From: an uncultured delta proteobacterium | GTDB lineage: Bacteria > Desulfobacterota > Desulfobacteria > Desulfobacterales > B30-G6 | Direction: 5' to 3' | Length of the DNA: 64,000 nucleotides | Assembly (NCBI GenBank): GCA_963823335.1 | Contig: CAWGLD010000001.1 | Location: 288,001 to 352,000 of the forward strand | Shown here: in pieces, positions 39,742-49,368 of the stretch | How the letters are laid out: each line of letters opens with the position of its first letter | How positions within the stretch are numbered: the first letter of the stretch is position 1 | Translations under genes and position numbers: made by a program | Notes under the pieces: model-generated | The model's input: the letters and a program-made list of their open reading frames with translations, nothing else | Told to the model about the DNA's origin: nothing | Database searches by the model: none

Positions 39742-41115
39742 TTGGCTACCGAAGAAACTGAAAAAAAGATCTACCAGAACCAGACGGCCAGGGCCTTTGT
39801 CTTGACATCGGCTTCCTGGTTCGCCGTGGCGACAACCTTCGGACTTATCGCCGCAGGATACCTGATGGCACCTGATTTCATGGCCAATATCGAATATATT
39901 CACTTCGGACGCATGCGCCCCATGCACATCAACGCCGTGCTGTTTGGATTCGTGACCCCCGGTCTTCTGGCAGTCGCTTTCTACTATATACCCCGCATGC
40001 TGCGCACGGAGCTCTACAACCACAAGCTGGGTGTTCTGAGCGCCATCTTTTGGAATATCACGGTGACTGCCGGTATGATCGGAATTTCTCTGGGACATAC
40101 CCAGGGGCGGGAATATGCGGAGCTGCCCTGGCTGGTGGACATCATGGTGGTCATTTCCTTCACACTGGTGGCCGTCAACCTGCTCATGACCATCGCCAGA
40201 CGTAAAGAACCCATCCTGTATGTTTCCATCTGGTATGCCATGTCGGCCGTCATTCTCACGGCCTGTACCTATTGTCTGGGCAATGTCATCTGGAAACCGG
40301 ATACGGGCGCCCTGGTGGGCATACCTGATGCGATTCTATTGTGGTTTTACGGCCACAATATCTTCGGTCTCTTGTTATCCCCCATGGCGCTGGCTGTGGC
40401 GTATTATGTGCTGCCAATCGCCACCCGCAGCCCCCTTTACAGTCACACCATGTCTCTGGTGGGGTTCTGGTCACTCATCATCGTCTATACCCACGTGGGT
40501 ACCCATCACCTGCTCCAGGTCCCGGTGCCCACCTGGTTGAAAACCATCTCCATTGTGGACAGCGTGGCCATGGTTATTCCGGTGATGATTGTTTTGATCA
40601 ACCTCTGGTACACGGTGAAAGGCAAGTTGGGGGATATCCACGCCGACGTCGGTGCCAAGTTCGTGTTTACCGGCACCATCTATTATTTCTTCGTCAATAT
40701 GCAGGGATCCATGATGGCACTGCCGCATGTCCAGCGTATCACCCATTTCAACAACTGGGTTGTGGGGCATGCGCATATCGGTGTGCTCGGTTTTGCCGGC
40801 ATCACCGCCCTGGGAGGCATCTATTTTATTCTGCCCAGGATGACCGGCAAACCGCTCTACAGCAGGTTTCTGGCAGATCTGCAATACTGGCTGGTTCTGA
40901 TCGGAATCACCGGTTTTGCAGTGGTGCTCACCACTGCGGGCCTTATTCAGGGCAATGCCTGGTATAACGGTGAAACCCTCTACCGGACACTGCCTGAAAT
41001 TCAACCCTACTATATTTTAAGAGCGTCCCTGGGTGCACTGATCGTGATCGGTGCTTATCTTGGACTGTATAACGTGGTTCGATCTCTCTATTTTAATCGT
41101 GGAGCTTCAACATGA
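39742..41115 (+). CDS. ccoN: cbb3-type cytochrome c oxidase subunit I
   Basis: TTG start after AAGGAG; FGRMRPMH, GREYAE, WFYGHN, GTHHL and GHAH. Confidence 0.92.
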   Translation: MATEETEKKIYQNQTARAFVLTSASWFAVATTFGLIAAGYLMAPDFMANIEYIHFGRMRPMHINAVLFGFVTPGLLAVAFYYIPRMLRTELYNHKLGVLSAIFWNITVTAGMIGISLGHTQGREYAELPWLVDIMVVISFTLVAVNLLMTIARRKEPILYVSIWYAMSAVILTACTYCLGNVIWKPDTGALVGIPDAILLWFYGHNIFGLLLSPMALAVAYYVLPIATRSPLYSHTMSLVGFWSLIIVYTHVGTHHLLQVPVPTWLKTISIVDSVAMVIPVMIVLINLWYTVKGKLGDIHADVGAKFVFTGTIYYFFVNMQGSMMALPHVQRITHFNNWVVGHAHIGVLGFAGITALGGIYFILPRMTGKPLYSRFLADLQYWLVLIGITGFAVVLTTAGLIQGNAWYNGETLYRTLPEIQPYYILRASLGALIVIGAYLGLYNVVRSLYFNRGAST

Positions 41116-42044
41116 AGATGACGCCAACCGTCATCATTGTCGGTATCCTGTCTCTGCTGACGGCCATTATCCTGACCATTGTCTACTGGCCGTATACACA
41201 GCGTATAACAGAGCCTTCCGAGATTTTCCGTGAACGGGTGCCCGTAGAGGCTGCCGGGCGCAAAATCTATCTGGAAAACGGTTGCGTATATTGTCACAGC
41301 CAGTCCATTCGTTCCATCGACTGGGGCCACGGCGCAGACCGAATTGCTCAGCCGGGTGACTATATTGCCGATGAACCCATTGCACTGGGATCGCAACGTA
41401 CCGGTGTAGACCTCTCCCAGGAAGGCGGTGAACACCCGGATGACTGGCATATCACCCATTTTGTCAATCCGCGCTACACACGGCCTGCCTCCATCATGCC
41501 TCCCTTCGAGTGGTTGGGCATGGAGCGTATCCAGACACTGACGCATTATATGCAAAGCCTGGGATTCAAGAATGCGGACAAACGTATGGAGCGGCAGCAT
41601 TACTGGAAGAAAGAAGCCATCAAGGCCTATGAATCCGGACCTGACATCAACATCCAATGGTTGTCTGATATCACCCCCGAGGGGTGGCGAAACATACCGA
41701 ACCCGTATCCCACTACCCGCGCCGGTCTGCAGCGGGGACACAAAATCTATCAAAATTTCTGTATCGGCTGTCACGGACCCATTGGTGACGGGATGGGTCC
41801 CGGACAACCCTGGATGTACCCACCCCCCTTGAATTTTACCGTATTGAAGGGCAGAGGCATCTCGGGCGGCATTCTTTACTACCAGATCATGAACGGCATC
41901 ACCGGAACCGCCATGCCCTATTTCAAGCGGGACCTGGAGTCACAGAAAATATGGGAGGTGGGTGACTACGTTGCGGTCAACTTTATCAATCAAAGCGATG
42001 CCAATACAGAACCGCGGGGTATTGATTCGGCGTGGGAGCCTTAA
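41112..42044 (+). CDS. ccoO: cbb3-type oxidase subunit II with a fused second cytochrome c domain
   Basis: GCVYCHSQSIR, GSQRTGVDL and SIMP; second heme site CIGCH...TAMP. Confidence 0.88.
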   Translation: MKMTPTVIIVGILSLLTAIILTIVYWPYTQRITEPSEIFRERVPVEAAGRKIYLENGCVYCHSQSIRSIDWGHGADRIAQPGDYIADEPIALGSQRTGVDLSQEGGEHPDDWHITHFVNPRYTRPASIMPPFEWLGMERIQTLTHYMQSLGFKNADKRMERQHYWKKEAIKAYESGPDINIQWLSDITPEGWRNIPNPYPTTRAGLQRGHKIYQNFCIGCHGPIGDGMGPGQPWMYPPPLNFTVLKGRGISGGILYYQIMNGITGTAMPYFKRDLESQKIWEVGDYVAVNFINQSDANTEPRGIDSAWEP

Positions 42045-42218
42045 GAGCAGGGTTCGAGGGTTCAAGGGTGATACAAGGGTTGGAGGGTAAGCCCTTAAGC
42101 GATAAGCAGCTTACCGCTTAAGGTTTATAGCTTGAACCCTTCAATTTAAATTACACAACGTGTTAGGATGGTTAAAGTTTTAGATATCAACTACGAGCTA
42201 TGAGCTGTAAGCAACAAC

Positions 42219-42308
42219 AAATAACGCGCGAAGCGCTAATGTCGTCCGTAGGACAAATGACGCACGCAGTGCTAATGACATCCGAAGGATAGATGACGCC
42301 TGAAAGGC
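42219..42308. repeat. array of five GNA-triloop mini-hairpins with an exact 18-nt period
   Basis: GCGC-GAA-GCGC, GTCC-GTA-GGAC, GCAC-GCA-GTGC, ATCC-GAA-GGAT and GCCT-GAA-AGGC, each preceded by a 7-nt WAATGAC-like linker. Confidence 0.85.
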
Positions 42309-42312
42309 AACT

Positions 42313-42573
42313 ATGTACTTCCCCTATTACATCGCCTATATGACGGCCGGTTTTGTCATTACCCTTGTGGTGTTTTTCTGGGCCTTGAACCAGGGTCAAT
42401 TCAAGGACCAGACGCGTGCACGCTTCATACCCCTTGAAGCCGATGGCAATACCAAACCGGTAAAGGCTTCACGATTTGCCCGGCTGGAAACCATCGCGCT
42501 GTTCACACTAGTGGGTATCGGGCTGGCGGCATCGGCTGCCGTTGTCACTTTTGCGCTGCTAAAGGCATTATAA
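42313..42573 (+). CDS. ccoS: CcoS-like cbb3 oxidase assembly protein
   Basis: FFWALNQGQFKD...A matches the CcoS pattern; extra C-terminal TM helix. Confidence 0.7.
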   Translation: MYFPYYIAYMTAGFVITLVVFFWALNQGQFKDQTRARFIPLEADGNTKPVKASRFARLETIALFTLVGIGLAASAAVVTFALLKAL

Positions 42574-42656
42574 CAACAACTGTGATGCACGCAAACGAAC
42601 GATGACTCTGGGCATGCTAAAAGGTGCGGCCGGAATCGAATGTAGTTGCGTGGGAA

Positions 42657-42830
42657 TAAATACTAAATTCGAATTTCGAAATACGAAACAAATTCTAATA
42701 TCAAATGCTCCAATGACCCAAACAGAGTCCATGGGCTTGATTTTTTTGATATCCTGTTTGGAAAATTAGAATTTAGGTAATTGGATATTGTTTAGAATTT
42801 TGAAATTTGTGCTTCGGGTTTAATTTGTTT
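42657..42830. repeat. AT-rich imperfect inverted-repeat element
   Basis: A-rich left arm (AAACAAATTCTAATATCAAAT...) mirrored by a T-rich right arm (...ATTGGATATTGTTTAGAATTT). Confidence 0.55.
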
Positions 42831-42908
42831 TGATATGCCAATATAGCCGACTGGTAAAAACCTGGCCAGAATTACCAGGCGGTATTTATTGATAAAGAGG
42901 ACTTAAAA

Positions 42909-43184
42909 ATGCGATATTTCGAACTGCTGGGTGTTCAGCATTATATCATGTATCTGTTCCCTGCCGTTGTGTTCGCGCTGCTGTTTGCCATTGGTCTCGG
43001 GTTTTACCATTTTCGAACAAAAGACGCTGAGGATCGTGAAACCCGTATCGTCGAAACTTTTCCCGATGGCATCCAGGGCCGCAACGCCCCGTTTCCGGCC
43101 ATCGCCTACTTGACCATTGCAGGTACCCTCGCCTGGGTGTTGGCATATATACTCACGATCGGTTTTCTGGAGATAAGCATCTGA
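42909..43184 (+). CDS. small two-TM hypothetical protein
   Basis: 91 aa; GAGG RBS; FPDGIQGRNAPFP resembles the DGI.E.DNP.P segment of CcoP N-termini. Confidence 0.6.
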   Translation: MRYFELLGVQHYIMYLFPAVVFALLFAIGLGFYHFRTKDAEDRETRIVETFPDGIQGRNAPFPAIAYLTIAGTLAWVLAYILTIGFLEISI

Positions 43185-43468
43185 TGGAACAGACAGGACA
43201 TCACCTATCGACAATAAAAACCTGGTCCGTCGTTATTCTGATGGTGGGATGGGTATTCTTTAAAGGCTGGCTGGCATATCATGTGATAGGCGACCTTGGC
43301 CAGCCGGACTGGGACTACCGGCCCATAAAGGACGTTCCAGCTGAATCGGCATTTGCCGTCAACGAACCATACCATCCTCTGCCGTCTGCTCAGCATGTGC
43401 TGGGTCGACAGGGGCAAGAGGAAAACCCATCACACTTATCCGTGGTGCCGCTTCAAGGTGTTCAATAG
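43184..43468 (+). CDS. small membrane hypothetical protein
   Basis: 94 aa; translationally coupled to both neighbours. Confidence 0.6.
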   Translation: MEQTGHHLSTIKTWSVVILMVGWVFFKGWLAYHVIGDLGQPDWDYRPIKDVPAESAFAVNEPYHPLPSAQHVLGRQGQEENPSHLSVVPLQGVQ

Positions 43469-43987
43469 ATGAAAAAACTGATTGGACTCTTCATCTTGGC
43501 TGGTATCATCAGCCTGGCAGCCTACCAGGCCCTGATGTACTACGACAACAACTTCCGTTACGGTCGTATGCGGGAAACCCCGGGGGTCAAACCCCACGAG
43601 ACCCCTTTACTGGTCTCGGAACCGGATATCGTTCCCATCCATGGCGGAGACGCAGTCTACCGGTTAACACCGGCAGCTGATCTGCTGGCACCCCTCGACA
43701 TGCAGGCATCCGCCACCATTACCAGGGGCGAAAACCTCTATCGTGTATACTGTGCCCAGTGCCATGGCAACAACTTCGATGGCAAAGGTACCGTTGGACA
43801 AAGTTTTCAACCCTTGCCTGCCAACCTTCGTGGCCCCGAGGTTCAGGCAAAAACAGAAGGTGAATTATTCAAATCCATCAGTTTCGGTATTCCGGGCGGT
43901 CGTCAGCCCGCCCTCGACACAACCATCGCACCGGATGACCGCTGGTATATCATCGCCTTTGTTCAATCCCTGGATCATGACAAATAA
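43469..43987 (+). CDS. monoheme cytochrome c, ActE-like
   Basis: RMRETP and RGENLYRVYCAQCHG...G.G; lies in the act/cco cluster. Confidence 0.75.
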   Translation: MKKLIGLFILAGIISLAAYQALMYYDNNFRYGRMRETPGVKPHETPLLVSEPDIVPIHGGDAVYRLTPAADLLAPLDMQASATITRGENLYRVYCAQCHGNNFDGKGTVGQSFQPLPANLRGPEVQAKTEGELFKSISFGIPGGRQPALDTTIAPDDRWYIIAFVQSLDHDK

Positions 43988-46484
43988 AACCTGTGATCTA
44001 TGTGGCTTGTCCCTCCGGCATGGCGCTGTCAGTGCCATCATTTCCGAAAAATCCATGCAGTTCTGCTGCTTTGGCTGCAAGCAGGTCTATGAAATCTTGT
44101 TGGCCGCTTCAGGCGACCTGGCTCCGGATGAATTCAGGGAAACGGACATTTTCAAACGTTGCCTGGCAGCCGGTATCATTCCGGAATCCATGGACGACCT
44201 TGAAAAGAAGAAGCTGTCAACCACACCGGGAAAAGTACCCGGCCGGATCCGGGAACCCAAAATGGCCGACAACGAACCCGCATCTGAATCGGATGACGGG
44301 CTTTGGCTCGATCTGAATGTCCGCGGTATGTGGTGCCCGGCCTGCGCCTGGGTGGTTGAAGAAACATTGATCAAAGAACCGGGTGTAAAACAGGCCAAAT
44401 GCCAATTTACCACAGACCGCATCAAACTCAAATACAACCCGGTTCTCACCTCGCCGCAACACCTCATGGAGGCCATGAAAAAGATTGGATATCATGGCAG
44501 CCCTGTCGAAGACGGACAAAAAAAACCTGAGTCCAGAAAAGAATTTATCCGGCTGGGTATTTCGGCCTTTCTGACCATGAATGTGATGATGCTTTCTTTT
44601 GCCCTCTATACCGGTTTTTTCACCCAGCTTTCTGCAGACACCATCCATCATTTCACCTGGCCCATTGTTGTCATGGCTTCGGCGGTCTTTATTTATGGTG
44701 GCGCCCCAATTCACCGCAAGGCCGTGTCCGGCCTGTCGACGGCATCGCCCGGCATGGAAACTCTCATCAGCATGGGCGCCGGCAGTGCTTTTTTTTACAG
44801 CCTGTTCAACTGGTTCACAGGAAGTATCCATCTCTATTTCGATACCACGTGCATGTTGATCAGTCTGGTTCTGGTGGGCAAGGCCATCGAGCAGCGAACC
44901 AAAGACAGGATCAATGCCCAGATCAGCAGGTTTTTTGAACTTCAGCCTTCCAAGATAAGGATTTGCACGGAAAAATTTCCCCAGGGAAAATACATGCAAG
45001 CCCGGCTGCTGTCTCCCGGAGACATTTTTCGGGTCGAAGCAGGGGAAATCGTCCCGGCAGACGGTAGAATCCTGAAGGGAGACGCGCGCATCGATGAAAG
45101 CACCCTGACCGGTGAAGCAAGACCGATTCATAAACAAAAAGGAGACATGCTAAACAGTGGAACGACGATCATCTCAGGCGCCCTCCAGGTATCGGCTCAC
45201 GCTGTAGGTGAGAATTCCCTGGTTGGGCAGTTGATATCCGTCATGGAAGCTTCCCTGGATCAGAAAGCGCCGATGGAAGATATCACCGATAAGGCTCTGA
45301 AATATTTCGTTCCCGCCATCATATTGCTGGCCATGGGAACGGCCATGGTTTGCCTGTTCCTTGGCTTCAGCGCTCAACATGCCATCATTCGTGCCGTCAC
45401 CGTCATGGTAATCTCCTGCCCCTGTGCCCTGGGCTTTGCCATTCCACTGGCAAGGGTGGCCGGAATCTCCCTGGCAGGCAAAAACGGAATTCTCGTTCAC
45501 CACTTCTCGGCCTTTGAAAAGATCAGAAAAATCGACACGTTTGTTTTCGACAAAACCGGCACCCTCACCAGGGGTGAATGGGATTTGATAGAAATAGAGA
45601 CGCTGGGTCACTGGTCTGTGGACAACGTCCTCTCCCTTGCCGCCGGCCTGGAGTCCCATTCAGACCATTATGCCGCAGAGGCCATTGTTCATGCTGCTCG
45701 GGAAAACAAGCGTGTGCCTGCAACAGCCACACGCATTACAGAAACAGACAACGGCATTTCCGGTTATGTGGAAAACAGTCTTGTCAAAATCGGGTCCGCT
45801 GCATTTTTTCCCGCTGAAACCGTCACCCCCCGGCAATACCATGGCGACGAAAAAGCAGATACGGCAGCTGTCATTTCCACCGTACACATGCGTGTCGATG
45901 AGAAGCCCTGCGCCCTGTTTCATTTTGGCGATACGCTACGTTCATCGAGCAAAACCGTTATTCAAGACTTGAAGGATCGCGGTATGCAGCTTGCCCTGAT
46001 ATCGGGCGACGGCCAGGGAACCACCCGAATGATCGCTAATCTTGTCGGTATTTCAGAATACCGCGGCAATATGCTGCCTGAAAACAAGTCTGAATTTGTC
46101 AGGACCTTACGGGAACGGGGACATTTGGTAGCCATGGTCGGCGACGGTGTCAATGATGTTCCGGCGCTCGCTTCCGCCGATCTGGGAATCGCTGTTCATT
46201 CCGGGCATCGAATCGGCATGGAAGCATCCGGTATTACCTTGATGGGAAATGACCCCGCCCAGATACTCACCTTTACCGCACTCGCCTCACATGTCTCCCG
46301 CACGATTAAACAGAATCTCGTTTTTACCTTTCTGTACAACATCATCAGTATCCCCATCGCCATGAGCGGTCTTCTGAATCCACTGGTTGCGGTTTCCGCC
46401 ATGCTCATGAGCAGCTTAAGCGTCACAGGAAACACCCTGTACCTCACCCGGCGGGTATCCAGACAAAAAGATGAAATCGCATAG
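43977..46484 (+). CDS. ccoI: heavy-metal P1B-type ATPase (CcoI/FixI-like)
   Basis: Start at ATG 43977; CDLC...CCFGC, GMWCPAC, TGE, CPC, DKTGTLT and GDGVND. Confidence 0.88.
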   Translation: MTNKTCDLCGLSLRHGAVSAIISEKSMQFCCFGCKQVYEILLAASGDLAPDEFRETDIFKRCLAAGIIPESMDDLEKKKLSTTPGKVPGRIREPKMADNEPASESDDGLWLDLNVRGMWCPACAWVVEETLIKEPGVKQAKCQFTTDRIKLKYNPVLTSPQHLMEAMKKIGYHGSPVEDGQKKPESRKEFIRLGISAFLTMNVMMLSFALYTGFFTQLSADTIHHFTWPIVVMASAVFIYGGAPIHRKAVSGLSTASPGMETLISMGAGSAFFYSLFNWFTGSIHLYFDTTCMLISLVLVGKAIEQRTKDRINAQISRFFELQPSKIRICTEKFPQGKYMQARLLSPGDIFRVEAGEIVPADGRILKGDARIDESTLTGEARPIHKQKGDMLNSGTTIISGALQVSAHAVGENSLVGQLISVMEASLDQKAPMEDITDKALKYFVPAIILLAMGTAMVCLFLGFSAQHAIIRAVTVMVISCPCALGFAIPLARVAGISLAGKNGILVHHFSAFEKIRKIDTFVFDKTGTLTRGEWDLIEIETLGHWSVDNVLSLAAGLESHSDHYAAEAIVHAARENKRVPATATRITETDNGISGYVENSLVKIGSAAFFPAETVTPRQYHGDEKADTAAVISTVHMRVDEKPCALFHFGDTLRSSSKTVIQDLKDRGMQLALISGDGQGTTRMIANLVGISEYRGNMLPENKSEFVRTLRERGHLVAMVGDGVNDVPALASADLGIAVHSGHRIGMEASGITLMGNDPAQILTFTALASHVSRTIKQNLVFTFLYNIISIPIAMSGLLNPLVAVSAMLMSSLSVTGNTLYLTRRVSRQKDEIA

Positions 46485-46601
46485 CGATTTAATTTGGGTT
46501 GACAAATTACGGAATTAATTTAATTTTTAGTCCCCCGTTTGCAACAAGGTGATAAAGTTTCTCCTGGCAGGGGTGAAAGTATACACTAGCTCGAACATTA
46601 A

Positions 46602-47309
46602 ATGAACGAACCCAACGAAAATATCGACTTAAAAGAAATTTTGCATTTTGATGGTCATGCTGTGGATTGGTGGGATCTCAAGGGTCCCCTGAAGGCCCTG
46701 CATGAGATCAACCCCTTGCGCCTGCAGTATATCCAAAAGCATGCCGGTATTGCGGGAAAAACTTTTCTGGACGTCGGGTGCGGTGGTGGGATTCTGTCGG
46801 AAGCACTGGCCTCGGCCGGTGGATATGTGACCGGAATAGATATGACGGAATCTGCCTTGAGTGCCGCGCGAGAGCATTTAATAAAAACAAATCAGCGGCT
46901 TCAATACCGCCGTACAACTGTCGAAGAACATTCAAGGGAAAGCCAAAACCGTTACGACAGCATTACATGCATGGAGTTACTGGAACACGTTCCCCGGCCG
47001 GCATCGGTGTTAAGTGCCTGCGCTCGGCTTCTTAAACCTGGCGGTGATATGTTTATCGCCACCATCAACCGAACATGGACGGCGTATATATTGGTAATCC
47101 TGGCGGCTGAGTATCTATTGAGAATTGTTCGCAAAGGCACCCATACATATGGAAACTTCATTCAGCCCCAGGAAATCAGCCATTGGGCAGCAGATATTGG
47201 CATGAAAACAATGGATCTTGGCGGCTATTTATACAACCCTTTTACAGGAAACACGCGTCTGTCATCCTTCACCGGAATGAATTACCTGATGCATTTGAGA
47301 AAAGTATGA
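46602..47309 (+). CDS. ubiG: UbiG-type O-methyltransferase
   Basis: WWDLKGPLKALHEINPLR, LDVGCGGGILSE, CMELLEHVP, TINRT and AEYLL...GTH. Confidence 0.9.
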   Translation: MNEPNENIDLKEILHFDGHAVDWWDLKGPLKALHEINPLRLQYIQKHAGIAGKTFLDVGCGGGILSEALASAGGYVTGIDMTESALSAAREHLIKTNQRLQYRRTTVEEHSRESQNRYDSITCMELLEHVPRPASVLSACARLLKPGGDMFIATINRTWTAYILVILAAEYLLRIVRKGTHTYGNFIQPQEISHWAADIGMKTMDLGGYLYNPFTGNTRLSSFTGMNYLMHLRKV

Positions 47310-48166
47310 ATAAACCGACAAAAAACAGACTCAACGACTGGAAACCACCTGCCTGGCTTGACAAAAACGAACGCCAGAAAATGCTCGATGCCTATGTGGA
47401 TTCATCGGACACCGCCTACTTTGGGTTCAAGCGGCATCGGGCCGCTGAAAAAGCAAAATCCGTTTTATCTCATTTCAATCGTGTGGCTCCCAAGTATGAT
47501 TTCATGAACTCCGTTCTCAGCTTCGGAATTCATCACGCCTGGAAGAGGACGGCCATCCGTATGCTCCATCTGAAACCGGGTGATCAACTTCTGGACGTCT
47601 GTGGTGGTACCGGGGATCTGGCGGTCCTTTCCGCTGCACGCATCGGGAGTGACGGCCATGTCTTTATTTATGACATCAATCGCGCCATGATGGCAACCGG
47701 AAGAGACCGGCCTGAAAACCAGGAGAAGCGCTCGTGTATTCACTATATCGAAGGTGATGCGGAACAGATAGCCTGTCATGAAAATCGGTTTGATGCCGCC
47801 ATTGTCGGGTTTGGCATCCGGAATCTGACCCATCTTGAAAAAGGTTTTCAGGAAATGTACCGGGTTTTGAAACCGGGTGGGAAGGTCATGTGCCTGGAAT
47901 TTTCAAAACCCACCAACCCCCTGTTCCGCTGGTTATATGACTTCTATTCCTTCAATATCATGCCCTTTGCCGGTTCTGTCCTGGCCGGTTCGCGACAGTC
48001 TTATGCCTGCCTGTCCCAAACCATTCGCATGTTTGCATCTCCGGATGAATTGAAAAATATTCTCGAAAGCATCGGATTTGAAGCGGTTTCGTACAAGCGC
48101 CTGACCAACGGTATCGCCGTAATCCATATGGGCCGCAAACCTCCAAGCAATCGCTCGATGCTGTAA
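47306..48166 (+). CDS. ubiE: UbiE/MenG C-methyltransferase
   Basis: ATGA overlap with ubiG; VAPKYDFMN.VLSFGIHHAWK, LDVCGGTGD, FGIRN and LEFSKP. Confidence 0.92.
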   Translation: MNKPTKNRLNDWKPPAWLDKNERQKMLDAYVDSSDTAYFGFKRHRAAEKAKSVLSHFNRVAPKYDFMNSVLSFGIHHAWKRTAIRMLHLKPGDQLLDVCGGTGDLAVLSAARIGSDGHVFIYDINRAMMATGRDRPENQEKRSCIHYIEGDAEQIACHENRFDAAIVGFGIRNLTHLEKGFQEMYRVLKPGGKVMCLEFSKPTNPLFRWLYDFYSFNIMPFAGSVLAGSRQSYACLSQTIRMFASPDELKNILESIGFEAVSYKRLTNGIAVIHMGRKPPSNRSML

Positions 48167-48199
48167 GTCGCTTGTCCATATCCAAAAAGGATTAAATGA

Positions 48200-49357
48200 A
48201 TGTTTGACTACAACCGGAAAATCGATTTGGATGGCGGAAAAATTGTCCAGATTGACAATGCGCTGGATGCAACATCACCTATATTCTTTGGATATGATAT
48301 CGAAGAGCGGTTCATTGACGTCCTTGATCGGTCGACACAGGATATGCCCGTTGACAGGCTTTTTTTGCTGACGGACCGCACTATCTTCGATTTTTTCGGT
48401 GAGAGGTATTTGAGCAGGCTCAGTGAAAGGTTTCCAGACACGGAACTGTACCTGCTCCCCGAGGGAGAAAAAAGCAAAACATTTGAGGTTCTTCAGCAGC
48501 TGTGCAATCAGCTCGTAGAGAAAGGGGTGAGTAAACAGTCGCTGCTGATCGCCTTCGGCGGAGGCTCCATCGGAAATATCACCGGTCTTGCCGCCGGTCT
48601 GATATTTAGAGGCATTCGATTCATTGAAGTTCCCACCACGCTTTCCCACCAGACCGATGGAATGCTCAGCAACAAGCAGGCTGTGAACGGAAGGTTCGGC
48701 AAAAATCACTTCGGGCTTTACCACACCCCTGTTTTTTCATGGACGGACACACGTTATCCCGAAACAGAGCCGTTGAGGTTCAAAAAATCCGGTATCGTCG
48801 AAGGAATCAAAAACGGCTTGATCGATCAGAAGGAATTTATCCGCTACCTGGAAAAAACCATTAAACAGCATGGCGATTATTCTCCACAAGAACTCACCGA
48901 TCTTTGCTACAAACTGATCATTTCAAAACTTGAAATTCTCAAAAAAGATCCAACGGAAAAGCATTACGGAATTATTCTTGAATACGGGCACACCTTTGCC
49001 CACGCCATCGAATGGCTTTCCAAGGGTAGCCTGGCTCACGGGGAAGCCGTTTCCATCGGCATGAAAATCGCAGCGGAGCTTTCCGCTGAATTGGGATATA
49101 TTGACAGTGACGCACTGGCCCTTCATTACCGTTTAATCGATGAGTTACTGGCACTCAAGCCCAGGCTTCCAGAAAAGATTGATCCACAGTCCATTCTCAA
49201 AACCATGGTTGTCGACAATAAAAAAACGGGCAGAAATGTGAGATATGTTCTTCTAGAAAAAATCGGACAATGCAAAAAAGGCAATGGAGATTATCTCATC
49301 AGCGTGGATAGAGAGATCGTTCAATCTGTGATTGAGGCGTTTATCAGTAAGTATTAA
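48200..49357 (+). CDS. 2-deoxy-scyllo-inosose synthase-like sugar-phosphate cyclase (DHQS superfamily)
   Basis: GGGSIGN, LSNKQAVN and DPTEK...ILEYGHT match BtrC-type residues rather than AroB (GD, GGKT, NxGHT). Confidence 0.75.
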   Translation: MFDYNRKIDLDGGKIVQIDNALDATSPIFFGYDIEERFIDVLDRSTQDMPVDRLFLLTDRTIFDFFGERYLSRLSERFPDTELYLLPEGEKSKTFEVLQQLCNQLVEKGVSKQSLLIAFGGGSIGNITGLAAGLIFRGIRFIEVPTTLSHQTDGMLSNKQAVNGRFGKNHFGLYHTPVFSWTDTRYPETEPLRFKKSGIVEGIKNGLIDQKEFIRYLEKTIKQHGDYSPQELTDLCYKLIISKLEILKKDPTEKHYGIILEYGHTFAHAIEWLSKGSLAHGEAVSIGMKIAAELSAELGYIDSDALALHYRLIDELLALKPRLPEKIDPQSILKTMVVDNKKTGRNVRYVLLEKIGQCKKGNGDYLISVDREIVQSVIEAFISKY

Positions 49358-49368
49358 AGGCAGCCAAA

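Noticed and set aside
42219-42308. Mini-hairpin array as a CRISPR array
   Set aside because: The 18-nt period is far too short, the variable parts are self-complementary stems, and no cas genes are present.
32905-47305. Long N-terminal extensions in the ORF track (starts 32905, 39017, 39664, 43743, 47183)
   Set aside because: They overlap upstream genes or precede the signal peptide; downstream starts with an RBS or translational coupling fit better.
48200-49357. Calling the cyclase aroB (3-dehydroquinate synthase)
   Set aside because: It lacks the AroB GD, GGKT and NxGHT residues and has the BtrC-type equivalents.
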